From the NCBI GenBank assembly GCA_965224465.1, contig OZ245049.1, forward strand, positions 3,000,001 to 3,032,000: a DNA stretch of 32,000 nucleotides. The letters are read 5' to 3'. A program made the translations under genes and the position numbers. Positions 1 through 9,514 of this stretch are shown piece by piece. The DNA is from Flavobacteriaceae bacterium. Its GTDB lineage: Bacteria > Bacteroidota > Bacteroidia > Flavobacteriales > Flavobacteriaceae. The notes beneath the pieces were generated by a model. The model made no database searches. It was not told the DNA's origin and saw nothing but the letters and a program-made list of their open reading frames with translations. Each line of letters starts with the position of its first letter. Positions within the stretch are counted from its first letter, which is position 1.

Positions 1-1155
1 GCATCTGGTTATATTCAAAATCCGCAAGAAGTAGGCCATGGTTATGAAGACCCATCTAAGAAATTAAAAAAATCAAAATCTAAAAAAATAACATGGCATT
101 TTAAAGCGCCCAATGTACACGATTTTAGTTGGGCTGCAGATCCTGATTATATCCATGATAAACTAGCGGTAGATAAGGAAAGAACGTTGCACTTTTTCTA
201 TAAAAAATCACTTGCTAAAAAATACAGAAAAAACTGGAAACAATTTCAACCTAAGGCTGTGGAAATCATGCAGTATTTTAACAAATACATAGGAGAATAC
301 CCTTACAAACAATATTCTATTATCCAAGGAGGTGACGGAGGTATGGAGTACGCTATGTTAACCATGATAACTGGAAAAAGAAGTCAAGGAAGCTTGGCAG
401 GGATCACGGCACATGAAATGGCACATATGTGGTTCCAGCATATATTGGCAACTAACGAGAGTACACATCCGTGGATGGATGAAGGATTTACGAGTTATAT
501 TTCTGATAAATGTATGGATGCTATTTTTGATAGAAATAGTAAAGAAATTTTTAAAGGTTCTTATGATTCATATAACTATTTAGTGAATTCGGGGAAGCAA
601 GAACCATTAACTACTCATGGAGATCGTTTTAATTTGAATATGGCTTATGGCATCGCAAGTTATAGTATGGGTACTATATTTTTAAACCAACTGGAATATA
701 TTATTGGGAAAGAAAATTTAGCCAGCACACTTAAAAAGTACTTTGATGATTTCAAGTTTACGCATCCTACACCCAACGATTTTAAACGTGTTGCAGAACG
801 TGTTTCAGGGATCCAACTTGAATGGTATTTGAATGAGTGGATACAAACTACGCATACGATAGATTATGGAGTAACCAAAGTGATGGAGAATCAAATCACA
901 TTAACAAGACTTGGGGCAATGCCGATGCCTATTGATTTAACAGTCCAATATACCGATGGGACCTCAGAGAATTATTACATCCCATTACGTATGATGCGTG
1001 GTCAAAAACCAAGCGTTGCAATCTTATTAAAAAGTTGGGCTTGGGCAGTACCTAATTATACGTTTAAAGCAAGTAAAACAATTAAATCTGTAACGATAGA
1101 CCCTTCCAATCGCATGGCAGATGTAAATAAAGCAAACAATGTATTTACTTTTTAG
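1..1155 (+). CDS. M1-family zinc metallopeptidase (aminopeptidase N-like), 5'-partial
   Basis: Frame 1 is open from nt 1, and the listed start at 187 is a TTG inside that open frame. HEMAH (HExxH) is followed about 18 aa later by WMDEGFTSY (distal Glu), the gluzincin/M1 signature. Confidence 0.85.
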   Translation, partial: ASGYIQNPQEVGHGYEDPSKKLKKSKSKKITWHFKAPNVHDFSWAADPDYIHDKLAVDKERTLHFFYKKSLAKKYRKNWKQFQPKAVEIMQYFNKYIGEYPYKQYSIIQGGDGGMEYAMLTMITGKRSQGSLAGITAHEMAHMWFQHILATNESTHPWMDEGFTSYISDKCMDAIFDRNSKEIFKGSYDSYNYLVNSGKQEPLTTHGDRFNLNMAYGIASYSMGTIFLNQLEYIIGKENLASTLKKYFDDFKFTHPTPNDFKRVAERVSGIQLEWYLNEWIQTTHTIDYGVTKVMENQITLTRLGAMPMPIDLTVQYTDGTSENYYIPLRMMRGQKPSVAILLKSWAWAVPNYTFKASKTIKSVTIDPSNRMADVNKANNVFTF

Positions 1156-1167
1156 TGACAGGACTTG

Positions 1168-1321
1168 TACCAACTAAAATCCGAAATAACCGATATAAAT
1201 AGTTTATGTTGCATTTTAGTTTTATTGAAAAACAGAACGATAGCTATCCTTCCATTTTTCGTCTAGCTAAAACAAAAAATAATTTCATTTCTAAACCGTC
1301 ACTTGGAAATGCATTTGGTAT
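1168..1321 (+). repeat. TACCAA-element copy A (154 bp): interspersed structured repeat with a 6-nt in-frame core deletion
   Basis: Aligns along its length with copies at 23361, 27106, 27268, 27435 and 31172 (taccaactaaaat...gatataaatagttta...ttgaaaaacagaacgatagctatcc...ctagctaaaacaaaaaataatttcatttctaaaccgtcacttggaaatgcatttggtat). Termini are TACCAA / TTGGTA. Confidence 0.85.
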
Positions 1322-1358
1322 ATAGGACATAAGGGAGCCAGAAATAAAGATTAAATAG

Positions 1359-1400
1359 AGAGCAATTGTAAGTAGTAATACGGCAATTGCTCTTTTTTTT
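1359..1400 (+). terminator. Rho-independent terminator of the M1 peptidase transcript
   Basis: AGAGCAATTG (1359-1368) pairs with CAATTGCTCT (1384-1393), a 10-bp stem, followed by a T7 run. Confidence 0.75.
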
Positions 1401-1484
1401 GAGGGCTAAAATCAAGACGATATCCCATTTATAAAGTTGCTCAATTTTCCGATTTGTGAGCTTTAAAACTATGCGTTTTTAACA

Positions 1485-1937
1485 CTAAGAAACCGCTAAT
1501 ATTTCCATCAGTTTCCCTTGGAACTGAATGCGATCTCCTTGTTTTTTACCCAACAGCAATTTTCCAATTGGAGCATGGGTGGAGATTCCAAAGTACAATT
1601 GCTTATTCAATGTTATTTGTCCAGTAGCAATGCCCATATAATAAGTGCCAATTTCTAAGTGAACCAAGCTTCCTAGGCAGACTAAATTTGACGTATTTTC
1701 TGGATTAATCTTGGAGAGTACCCGTTGCATGTGTTGTACGTTTTCTAATTGTTGCCCTGCTTTTTCCATTTCTAACTGAATCATGGCCCTCCCTGTTTCG
1801 TGTTTGTCTCCAGCGGAGCTTTTTGTTTCGCTATTCAAGTCGTTTTTGCAAGATTTAATGGTGTGTTCTATGGTTTCTAGACGTTCTTGTACGTATTGTT
1901 TGCAAAAGGCATGTAATTGCTGTTTTAGAAGTTGCAT
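1485..1937 (-). CDS. GreA/GreB C-terminal-domain-like protein (small coiled-coil plus FKBP-like fold)
   Basis: 150-aa ORF. The N-terminal half is a predicted helical region with KSSAGDKHETGRAM. The C-terminus, ISTHAPIGKLLLGKKQGDRIQF, resembles the GreA C-domain motif S-P-(I/L)-G-x-x-L-L-G-x-x-x-G-D. Confidence 0.6.
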   Translation of the reverse strand: MQLLKQQLHAFCKQYVQERLETIEHTIKSCKNDLNSETKSSAGDKHETGRAMIQLEMEKAGQQLENVQHMQRVLSKINPENTSNLVCLGSLVHLEIGTYYMGIATGQITLNKQLYFGISTHAPIGKLLLGKKQGDRIQFQGKLMEILAVS

Positions 1938-2014
1938 ATATAGAAATAATTAACAGGATTAAACGTCAAATATAAAGGAATAATACGGATCGGTATTTAA
2001 CTAATTTTTTAGAC

Positions 2015-2051
2015 AAAAAAATACTGTTCAAAATGTAATTTTGAACAGTAT
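2015..2051 (-). terminator. Rho-independent terminator downstream of asd
   Basis: ATACTGTTCAAAA (2021-2033) pairs with TTTTGAACAGTAT (2039-2051), a 13-bp perfect stem. A T-run follows on the minus strand (A-run 2015-2020 on +). Confidence 0.8.
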
Positions 2052-2073
2052 TTTAAAGTAGTATTATTGGGTT

Positions 2074-3063
2074 TTACACAAGGTTATTGGCAACTAAATA
2101 CTCTGCAATTTGCACTGCATTTGTAGCTGCACCTTTACGTAAATTATCTGCTACAATCCACATGTTTACGGTGTTTGGAAGCGATTCGTCTCTTCGGATT
2201 CTCCCTACAAAAACAGCATCTTTTCCATGTGCATAAATAGGCATAGGGTAGGTGTTGGTGTCTAGGTTGTCTTTTACAACAATACCAGAGGTTTCACTTA
2301 GTAATTTACGGAGTTCTGCCTCGTCAAATTCTTTTAAAAATTCAATATTCACACTCTCGCTATGTCCTCCTACAACAGGGATACGTACAGCTGTTGCTGT
2401 AATTGCGATGCTGCGATCATTTAGTATTTTTTGTGGTTCGCGTACTAATTTCATTTCTTCTTTGGTGTACCCATTTGCTTCGAATACATCACAATGTGGA
2501 ATTGCATTTTGATGAATAGGGTAATGATAGGCCATTTCTCCTTGTATACCTGCCATTTCATTTTCCAATTGTTGTACTGCTTTTACCCCTGTTCCTGTAA
2601 TGGACTGATAGGTAGAGACAATCAATCGTTTGATTCCATATTTTTTATGCAAGGGTGCTAATGTCAATACCAATTGAATGGTAGAACAGTTGGGATTTGC
2701 AATAATTTTATCTTCTTTGGTAAGTTCGTTCGCATTAATTTCTGGAACCACTAATTTTTTTGTTGGATCCATACGCCATGCCGATGAATTGTCTATAACT
2801 GTAGTTCCTGCATCAGCAAATTTAGGAGCCCATTCTAAGGAGGTGTCACCTCCTGCAGAAAAAATGGCGATATCTGCCTTCATATCCACAGCAGTTTGCA
2901 ATCCTACAACAGTATAATCCTTGTTTTTAAAACTTACTTTTTTTCCAACCGACCGTTCCGAGGCAACCGGAATCAATTCTGTAATTGGGAAATTACGTTC
3001 TGCTAATACCTGTAACATTACATTACCTACCATTCCTGTTGCGCCTACGACTGCTACTTTCAT
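2074..3063 (-). CDS. asd: Aspartate-semialdehyde dehydrogenase
   Basis: 329 aa. N-terminal Rossmann motif VAVVGATGMVG, active-site NPNCSTIQ, and family-like length and architecture. Confidence 0.92.
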   Translation of the reverse strand: MKVAVVGATGMVGNVMLQVLAERNFPITELIPVASERSVGKKVSFKNKDYTVVGLQTAVDMKADIAIFSAGGDTSLEWAPKFADAGTTVIDNSSAWRMDPTKKLVVPEINANELTKEDKIIANPNCSTIQLVLTLAPLHKKYGIKRLIVSTYQSITGTGVKAVQQLENEMAGIQGEMAYHYPIHQNAIPHCDVFEANGYTKEEMKLVREPQKILNDRSIAITATAVRIPVVGGHSESVNIEFLKEFDEAELRKLLSETSGIVVKDNLDTNTYPMPIYAHGKDAVFVGRIRRDESLPNTVNMWIVADNLRKGAATNAVQIAEYLVANNLV

Positions 3064-3219
3064 TTGTTCTTATTTAGAATTTTGATCCTACAAATGTTGT
3101 GAAAAAAAAGCAATTCGCCTAGAACAAGAGATTTAAAATTACAAAATTCTTTATTTTTGTTAAAAAACAAATAAATACGCTATCTATTATTATATAGCTG
3201 ATTATATGACAGAAATCAG

Positions 3220-3227
3220 TATTTTTG
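3220..3227 (+). promoter_or_regulatory. Candidate Bacteroidota sigma-A -7 box (TATTTTTG = TAnnTTTG)
   Basis: Exact TAnnTTTG match 15 nt upstream of the ATG at 3242. No clean -33 TTG was seen. Confidence 0.3.
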
Positions 3228-3241
3228 CAAAAAATTAATGA

Positions 3242-4495
3242 ATGACAACAACTGGAAGAATAGAATTAATGGCTCCTGCCGGAAACTTTGAATCCATGCA
3301 AGCTGCATTGGACAATGGTGCGGATTCCATTTATTTTGGAGTGGAGCAATTAAACATGCGGGCGAGAGCGTCAATTAATTTTACCTTAGATGATTTACAA
3401 GAAATCTCTGAGAGATGTAAAGCTAAAAAAGTACGAACATACCTTACCTTAAATACCATTATTTACGATCATGATTTAACCATCATCAGAACGTTGATTC
3501 AGAAAGCAATAGAGGCAGATATTACAGCTGTTATAGCCATGGATCAAGCCGTTATTTCGGTAGCTCGTGAATTGAAAATGGAGGTGCATATTTCTACGCA
3601 GATAAATATTACCAATATCGAAACAGTGAAGTTTTATGCCCTGTTTGCAGATACGATGGTAATGAGTAGAGAATTGAGTTTGCGTCAAGTAAAAAGCATC
3701 AGTGATCAGATTAAAAAACAACAAATCAAAGGCCCTTCTGGAAATTTGGTTGAGATTGAAATTTTTGGTCATGGAGCTTTGTGTATGGCGGTTTCTGGTA
3801 AATGTTACATGAGTTTACATTCTAGTAATTCTAGTGCAAACCGTGGAGCATGTAAACAAAATTGCCGTAAAAAATACACTGTTATTGACCAAGAAACTGG
3901 TTTTGAAATGGAGTTGGACAATGAGTATATTATGAGTCCAAAAGATTTATGTACCATTGATTTCTTAGACGAAATTGCCGATGCAGGAGTTAAAGTATTG
4001 AAAATTGAAGGTCGGGGTAGGGCGCCAGAATATGTTGCAAATGTGATCAAATGTTACCGCAACGCAATTGATGCCATTGAAGAAGGAACCTATAGTAAAG
4101 AGAAGGTGATTGACTGGATGAAAGATTTAGAAAAAGTGTACAATCGCGGATTTTGGAGTGGTTATTATTTAGGTCAGAAACTCGGTGAATGGAGCAAAGG
4201 TTCTGGATCTCATGCTACTCAAAAGAAAGTATATATAGGAAAAGGAATGCATTATTTCCCAAAAGTGAATATTGGTGAATTCAAAATAGAAGCTTTTGAT
4301 ATTTCTATTGGAGACACCATTTTAATTACGGGACCTACCACAGGAGCAAAAGAAATGAAAGTCAAAGAAATGTTTGTAAATGATGTTAAAGGAGAAAAAG
4401 CAAGCAAAGGAGATTCCTGTACGATTCCTTTAGAATTTAGAATTAGACCATCGGATAAATTATACAAAATTGTAGCCAATAAAGTAGAGGCCTAG
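3242..4495 (+). CDS. Peptidase U32 family protein
   Basis: 417 aa. N-terminal ELMAPAGN...AAL..GADSIYFG, central EIFGHGALCMAVSGKCYMS and Cys-rich CKQNCRK are typical of the U32 family. Confidence 0.8.
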   Translation: MTTTGRIELMAPAGNFESMQAALDNGADSIYFGVEQLNMRARASINFTLDDLQEISERCKAKKVRTYLTLNTIIYDHDLTIIRTLIQKAIEADITAVIAMDQAVISVARELKMEVHISTQINITNIETVKFYALFADTMVMSRELSLRQVKSISDQIKKQQIKGPSGNLVEIEIFGHGALCMAVSGKCYMSLHSSNSSANRGACKQNCRKKYTVIDQETGFEMELDNEYIMSPKDLCTIDFLDEIADAGVKVLKIEGRGRAPEYVANVIKCYRNAIDAIEEGTYSKEKVIDWMKDLEKVYNRGFWSGYYLGQKLGEWSKGSGSHATQKKVYIGKGMHYFPKVNIGEFKIEAFDISIGDTILITGPTTGAKEMKVKEMFVNDVKGEKASKGDSCTIPLEFRIRPSDKLYKIVANKVEA

Positions 4496-4637
4496 GGATT
4501 AGCAAAAAAGAGAGACGCAAGCGTCAAAACGCAGGACATAGGGTTTGTGCTCCGAGAGAAAATGGACTGGAGAAATGCTGAAGACAGAGTGTCAATAACT
4601 AACAACTAATAACCAACCACTAATTTTTTTTGAATCC

Positions 4638-4868
4638 ATGGTAATTATCACTTTACAAAGAGCAAAATGCATTGGTTGTAACTATTGCGTAGAACTTGCT
4701 GCTGCACAATTTCAAATGTCCAAAAAGGATGGGAAATCTGTATTGTTACATTCAAAAGAAAAGAAAGGTTTTTTTACCATAAAATCAAGGGATGAAACCA
4801 TTTATAACGATGCAATTAACGCTAAAGAAGCGTGTCCAGTTAAAATTATTGATGTAAAACAAATTTAA
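4638..4868 (+). CDS. Small ferredoxin (single Fe-S cluster)
   Basis: 76 aa with a CIGCNYC...CP cysteine pattern (CxxCxxC plus distal CP). Confidence 0.7.
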   Translation: MVIITLQRAKCIGCNYCVELAAAQFQMSKKDGKSVLLHSKEKKGFFTIKSRDETIYNDAINAKEACPVKIIDVKQI

Positions 4869-4920
4869 ATAAAACAGTTTAAATCAGCTATTTTTTTAGA
4901 ACGATGTCTGGAATAAAGAT

Positions 4921-4955
4921 AAAAAGCAATCACTATTAATTATTGATTGCTTTTT
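4921..4955 (+). terminator. Rho-independent terminator after the ferredoxin gene
   Basis: AAAAAGCAATCA (4921-4932) pairs with TGATTGCTTTTT (4944-4955), a 12-bp stem whose 3' arm ends in a T-run. Confidence 0.7.
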
Positions 4956-5193
4956 AAGGAAAGTTCCCCATTAAAATATTTATCGAAATCTAATTTTAAT
5001 TTCGGTATATTTACAAATTAGTACGATTTAAAAAAATGCATTGAGGTCTTTTGAAGCCCTTTTTTAAATATTTTTCTAACAATATATAATACCCATTGTT
5101 CTAAGTGTATGCGTTGAAAAACAACACTTTAAGAGATATTTAGTACAGAAAAAGGATGCTTTAGAATTACTTCTTAATCTTTAAATAAAATAT

Positions 5194-6708
5194 ATGAGCT
5201 GTAATAGTTGCTCTTCAGATATACAAACAAAACCCAACGGATGTAAAAGTAACGGTGGTTGTAGTAGTGGAGGTTGTGATAAATTATCCGTTTTTGATTG
5301 GCTGGCAAATATGACCTTGCCTACGGGACAAAAACCTTTTAATATCATGGAAGTTCGTTTTAAAAACGGACGTAAACACTTTTTTAAAAATGTAAATAAC
5401 ATAGCCCTTTCTATGGGTGATGTTATTGCTGTGGAAGGCAGCCCAGGACATGATATAGGTTCTGTATCTCTTACGGGGGAATTGGTAAAAGTTCAAATGA
5501 ACAAAAAAAGTGTTTCCATTGACGACGAAGAATTAATCAAGAAAATTTATAGAAAAGCCACTCAAAAAGATATTGATATTTGGACACGCGCAAAGGAAAA
5601 AGAAATTGAAACCCAACGAAGAGGTAGAGAAATCATATTGAGATTGGGTTTGAAAATGAAATTATCTGATATTGAATATCAAGGTGATGGAAACAAAGCT
5701 ACTTTTTATTATACCGCAGACGAACGTGTAGATTTTCGTCAATTGATTCGTGATCTAGCCAGTGCTTTTAATATTCGTGTAGAGATGAAACAAGTAGGTT
5801 TACGTCAAGAAGCTGCGCGATTAGGAGGCGTAGGGTCTTGTGGTCGTGAGTTGTGTTGTTCCACTTGGTTGACCGATTTACGAAAAGTAAATACGGCCGC
5901 AGCACGTTACCAACAATTATCCTTAAACCCTCAGAAATTAGCAGGGCAATGTGGTAAATTAAAATGCTGCTTAAACTTTGAATTAGATACCTATGTAGAT
6001 GCGTTGTCTAAATTTCCAAAACCTGATGTAATGTTAAACACAGATAAAGGAAATGCGGTATTTATTAAAATGGATATTTTCAAAGAGTTACTTTGGTATA
6101 CCTACAAAGACGACCGTTCTAAATGGTTTAAGCTTACGTTGGAACAGGTACACGAAATTATTGAACTGAATAAAGAAAACGAAAAAGTAGCGTCTTTAGA
6201 AGAATTTGATGCAGAAAACACAGCCGTTGATACTAAAGTAGATTTTGAAAACGTTGTGGGACAAGACAGTTTGACTCGTTTTGATACACCTAAACGAACA
6301 CGTAACAAACGAAATAATCGTACTAAGAATAAAAAGAAACAAGGAAATTCTAACAGTAAGAATCCAAATCAACGTAAAAATACGGATCAAAAAAATGGGC
6401 ACAAACAAGAAGATAAACCCCTAAACAAAGGGAATAAGCCTCCTCAGCGAAAAAAGAAAAACCCACAAAATAACCGTCCACAAGTTGAAGGTAAGGATCC
6501 ACAACAAAAAGGAAAAGAAAATACGCCTAAAAAGAAGTCAAATTCTGGAGGAAATTCTCAAAAGAAAAAGCCACAAGAAAAAGATAATAAAGATCCAAAA
6601 GGGCAAAATAATCAAGGGAATAAGGCACGTAATAAACGTAGAAACAATAGAAATAACAAACCAAAACAATCACAAAATAACGACAATAAACCTGTTAAAA
6701 ATGATTAA
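5194..6708 (+). CDS. PSP1/RicT-domain protein with Cys-rich N-terminus and a long K/N/Q-rich basic tail
   Basis: Cys-rich N-terminus (CNSC...CKSNGGCSSGGC). PSP1-like core (EVRFKNGRKHFF...YQGDGNKATFYYTADERVDFRQLIRDLA). The last ~150 aa are low-complexity basic sequence. Confidence 0.8.
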   Translation: MSCNSCSSDIQTKPNGCKSNGGCSSGGCDKLSVFDWLANMTLPTGQKPFNIMEVRFKNGRKHFFKNVNNIALSMGDVIAVEGSPGHDIGSVSLTGELVKVQMNKKSVSIDDEELIKKIYRKATQKDIDIWTRAKEKEIETQRRGREIILRLGLKMKLSDIEYQGDGNKATFYYTADERVDFRQLIRDLASAFNIRVEMKQVGLRQEAARLGGVGSCGRELCCSTWLTDLRKVNTAAARYQQLSLNPQKLAGQCGKLKCCLNFELDTYVDALSKFPKPDVMLNTDKGNAVFIKMDIFKELLWYTYKDDRSKWFKLTLEQVHEIIELNKENEKVASLEEFDAENTAVDTKVDFENVVGQDSLTRFDTPKRTRNKRNNRTKNKKKQGNSNSKNPNQRKNTDQKNGHKQEDKPLNKGNKPPQRKKKNPQNNRPQVEGKDPQQKGKENTPKKKSNSGGNSQKKKPQEKDNKDPKGQNNQGNKARNKRRNNRNNKPKQSQNNDNKPVKND

Positions 6709-7186
6709 ACATAGCGTCCTTATTGGTCTTGTTCTATTGTTGATGAGTTGTGATTCTAATCGTGTATTTGATACTTATGTATCGATTCCAAATCAAGAAT
6801 GGACTTCAGAAAACAGTATTAATTTTGAGGTTATAGCTTCGGATACATTGTCTAAGAACAATGTGTTTATACAATTGAGAAATACCGACGATTTTGAATT
6901 TAGCACCCTATTTATCATTGGTAAAATTAGTTTCCCTAATGGAACTCAAGTTATTGATACCTTGGAGTATGAAATGGCTGATGTTCGGGGGAAATGGTTA
7001 GGGTCTGGCTACACAAGCATAAAAGAAAACAAACTATTTTACAAAGAGAATATTCAATTTAACCAACCCGGAACATATACTTTTAATCTAAAACAAGCAA
7101 CTCGAAAGATGTCGGACCTTGAAGGGAAAACACCTTTAAAAGGGGTGAGTGATGTAGGTCTAAGAATTGAAAAAATATTGAAATAA
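6701..7186 (+). CDS. gldH: Gliding-motility lipoprotein GldH
   Basis: The internal ATG at 6701 gives MIKHSVLIGLVLLLMSCDS (lipobox LMSC). The C-terminal GVSDVGLRIEK is GldH-like, as is the PSP1-gldH-PBP1A neighbourhood (synteny from memory, not checked). The start overlaps the PSP1 stop (ATGATTAA). Confidence 0.75.
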   Translation: MIKHSVLIGLVLLLMSCDSNRVFDTYVSIPNQEWTSENSINFEVIASDTLSKNNVFIQLRNTDDFEFSTLFIIGKISFPNGTQVIDTLEYEMADVRGKWLGSGYTSIKENKLFYKENIQFNQPGTYTFNLKQATRKMSDLEGKTPLKGVSDVGLRIEKILK

Positions 7187-7193
7187 TTACACA

Positions 7194-9506
7194 ATGGCAG
7201 AAAAAAAAACAGCAGGCAATCCATTTAGAAAATTTATAAAATGGTTTTGGATTTTAATAGCAAGTGGAATGACAGCATTTCTATTGATGTTTCTATTAGC
7301 CTCTTGGGGAGTGCTAGGTCCCTTACCTTCGTTTGAAGAATTAGAAAACCCAGAACACAATTTAGCAACAGAAGTGATTTCTATAGATGGGAAAACCTTA
7401 GGGAAATACGCTATAGAGAACAGAACCCCTATAAAATTTAAGGACTTGCCAAAGAGTTTATTGGAAGCCCTTGTAGCAACAGAGGATGAACGCTATTACG
7501 AACATTCTGGAATTGATTTTAAGTCCAGTTTAAGAGCGGTTGTTAAAATGGGAAGTAGTGGTGGAGGGAGTACCATTACTCAGCAATTGGCTAAATTGTT
7601 GTTTCATGGAGAGGGTTCTAAGAATATTGTGGAACGTATCAAACAGAAAATAAAAGAATACGTAATATCTGTGCGCTTGGAACGTCAATATACCAAGCAA
7701 GAAATACTAGCCATGTATTTGAATAAATACGATTTTATAAATGGGGCTGTTGGAATCCGTTCTGCTTCACGTATTTATTTTGGTAAAGAGCCTATAAAAT
7801 TAGAAATTAAAGAATCTGCCATGCTGGTTGGAATGTTAAAGAATTCTTCTTTATTCAATCCACTACGCAGGGAAAAAATGGTTCAAAAAAGGCGTAATGT
7901 AGTTTTAAAACAAATGGAACGCAGTCAGTTTATTTCTACTAAATTAAAAGACTCACTCCAAAAAACACCCTTGGATTTAGATGTTCATAAAGAAGGTCAT
8001 AATGATGGTTCAGCGACTTATTTTAGAGAGTATTTACGTAGTTTTATTAAAACTTGGATTAAAGAAAACCCAAAACAAGATGGGACATTTTATAATTTAC
8101 CTCGCGATGGATTAAAGATTTTTGTAACCATAGATTCTCGCATGCAAAAATACGCAGAGGAAGCGATGCAAGAGCATATGTCCAATTTACAACGGGTATT
8201 TTTTAAAGAGCAAAAACGCAATAAAACGGCTCCGTTTTACGGTCTAAACGCTGCTGGAATTAAGTCAAGTATTTTGAGGTCTATGAAGCGTTCTTCAAGA
8301 TGGAAAAGCATGCGAAAGAATAATAAATCTACCAAAGAAATTTTGGCTTCTTTTGATAAGAAAATAAAAATGAAAGTGTTTTCTTGGAAGAAAGATTTTG
8401 ACACAATCATGTCTCCAAAAGACTCTATCCGTTATTATAAGTATTTTTTACGTGCAGGATTAATGTCTATAGAACCACAAACAGGACATGTTAAAGCATG
8501 GGTTGGAGGGATTAATTATAAACACTTTAAGTATGATGCTGTAAAAATGCAAAAAAGACAAGTAGGTTCTACGTTTAAACCTTTTGTATATGCGTCTGCC
8601 ATCAATCAGTTAAAATATTCACCTTGTGACACACTTCCAAATACTCCTTTTACCATTTTAAAGGAAAAATATGGAATGGATAAAGATTGGACACCAAAAA
8701 ATGCAAGTAATAAATACGGAGGATTTTTGTCTTTAAAAGCAGCACTAGCTGGATCGGTAAATGTAATTACTGCTCGTTTGATAGACGAGGTTGGGCCGAG
8801 CACTGTTGTCCGTTTGGCACATAGTGCTGGGATTACAAGTGAAATTTTAGCAGTGCCTTCTATCGCCTTAGGAACGGTAGATTTAAGTCTGTTTGAAATG
8901 GTGGGTGCCTATTCCACTTTTGCGAATAAAGGCTTGCGAGTAGAACAAATGATGGTTATGAGAATTGAAGATAAAAACGGAACTGTATTAGAAGAGTTTA
9001 TTCCAAATACACAAGAAGTTTTAAGTGAAGATTCGGCGTATGTTGTATTGAATTTGTTAGAAGGAGTAACGCGTGGTGGTTCTGGTACTAGATTGCGTAC
9101 TAAAGGAGGAAGGTATCCAGACAATGTGGTCACAGGTTATCCTTATGGGTTTACCAATCCAATTGCTGGAAAAACAGGAACTACTCAGAATCAGTCTGAT
9201 GGATGGTTTATGGGAATTGTACCTAATTTGGCTACCGGAGTTTGGGTAGGAGGTGAAGACAGGGCTGTCCATTTTGCAAGAATTACCCAAGGTCAAGGAG
9301 CGACAATGGCATTGCCTATTTGGGCAATTTACTATAAAAAATTATACGCAGATAAGGCATTAAAAATCAGCAATAAAGCCTTTGATAAACCGAAGGATTT
9401 ATCCATAAGAATTAATTGTAACGAAACAGAAAATGCGAAAGATAGTGATTCGGATGATTTAGAAAACAGTATTGATGACGAGGAAGAAGAGGAAATAGAA
9501 TTTTAA
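7194..9506 (+). CDS. mrcA: Class A penicillin-binding protein 1A (glycosyltransferase GT51 plus transpeptidase)
   Basis: N-terminal TM segment. GT51 motifs EDERYYEHSGID and GGSTITQQL. Transpeptidase motifs STFKP (SxxK), SVN (SxN) and KTGTT. Acidic D/E tail. Confidence 0.9.
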   Translation: MAEKKTAGNPFRKFIKWFWILIASGMTAFLLMFLLASWGVLGPLPSFEELENPEHNLATEVISIDGKTLGKYAIENRTPIKFKDLPKSLLEALVATEDERYYEHSGIDFKSSLRAVVKMGSSGGGSTITQQLAKLLFHGEGSKNIVERIKQKIKEYVISVRLERQYTKQEILAMYLNKYDFINGAVGIRSASRIYFGKEPIKLEIKESAMLVGMLKNSSLFNPLRREKMVQKRRNVVLKQMERSQFISTKLKDSLQKTPLDLDVHKEGHNDGSATYFREYLRSFIKTWIKENPKQDGTFYNLPRDGLKIFVTIDSRMQKYAEEAMQEHMSNLQRVFFKEQKRNKTAPFYGLNAAGIKSSILRSMKRSSRWKSMRKNNKSTKEILASFDKKIKMKVFSWKKDFDTIMSPKDSIRYYKYFLRAGLMSIEPQTGHVKAWVGGINYKHFKYDAVKMQKRQVGSTFKPFVYASAINQLKYSPCDTLPNTPFTILKEKYGMDKDWTPKNASNKYGGFLSLKAALAGSVNVITARLIDEVGPSTVVRLAHSAGITSEILAVPSIALGTVDLSLFEMVGAYSTFANKGLRVEQMMVMRIEDKNGTVLEEFIPNTQEVLSEDSAYVVLNLLEGVTRGGSGTRLRTKGGRYPDNVVTGYPYGFTNPIAGKTGTTQNQSDGWFMGIVPNLATGVWVGGEDRAVHFARITQGQGATMALPIWAIYYKKLYADKALKISNKAFDKPKDLSIRINCNETENAKDSDSDDLENSIDDEEEEEIEF

Positions 9507-9514
9507 ATATATAT

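Noticed and set aside
2252-2917. ORFs 2252-2512 and 2678-2917 on the + strand, and similar 60-130-aa ORFs antisense to U32, PSP1, PBP1A, the AMP-ligase, xth, glnS, the S9 peptidase, the TonB-dependent receptor, the transposase and the beta-helix genes
   Set aside because: All lie wholly inside longer ORFs with clear family motifs on the opposite strand or in another frame. They have low-complexity or Ser/Ile/Phe-rich composition typical of shadow ORFs in AT-rich DNA.
4496-4637. Relatively GC-richer 140-nt spacer after the U32 peptidase gene, considered as a possible small RNA or tRNA-like gene
   Set aside because: I found no cloverleaf, no convincing extended helices and no terminator. Only a 5-bp GACGC/GCGTC hairpin is present, which is insufficient evidence.
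6485-6700. K/I-rich N-terminal extension of the gldH ORF (MKVRIHNKKEKKIRLKR...)
   Set aside because: It is the alternative reading frame of the A-rich tract encoding the PSP1 tail. The lipoprotein signal peptide begins at the ATG at 6701.
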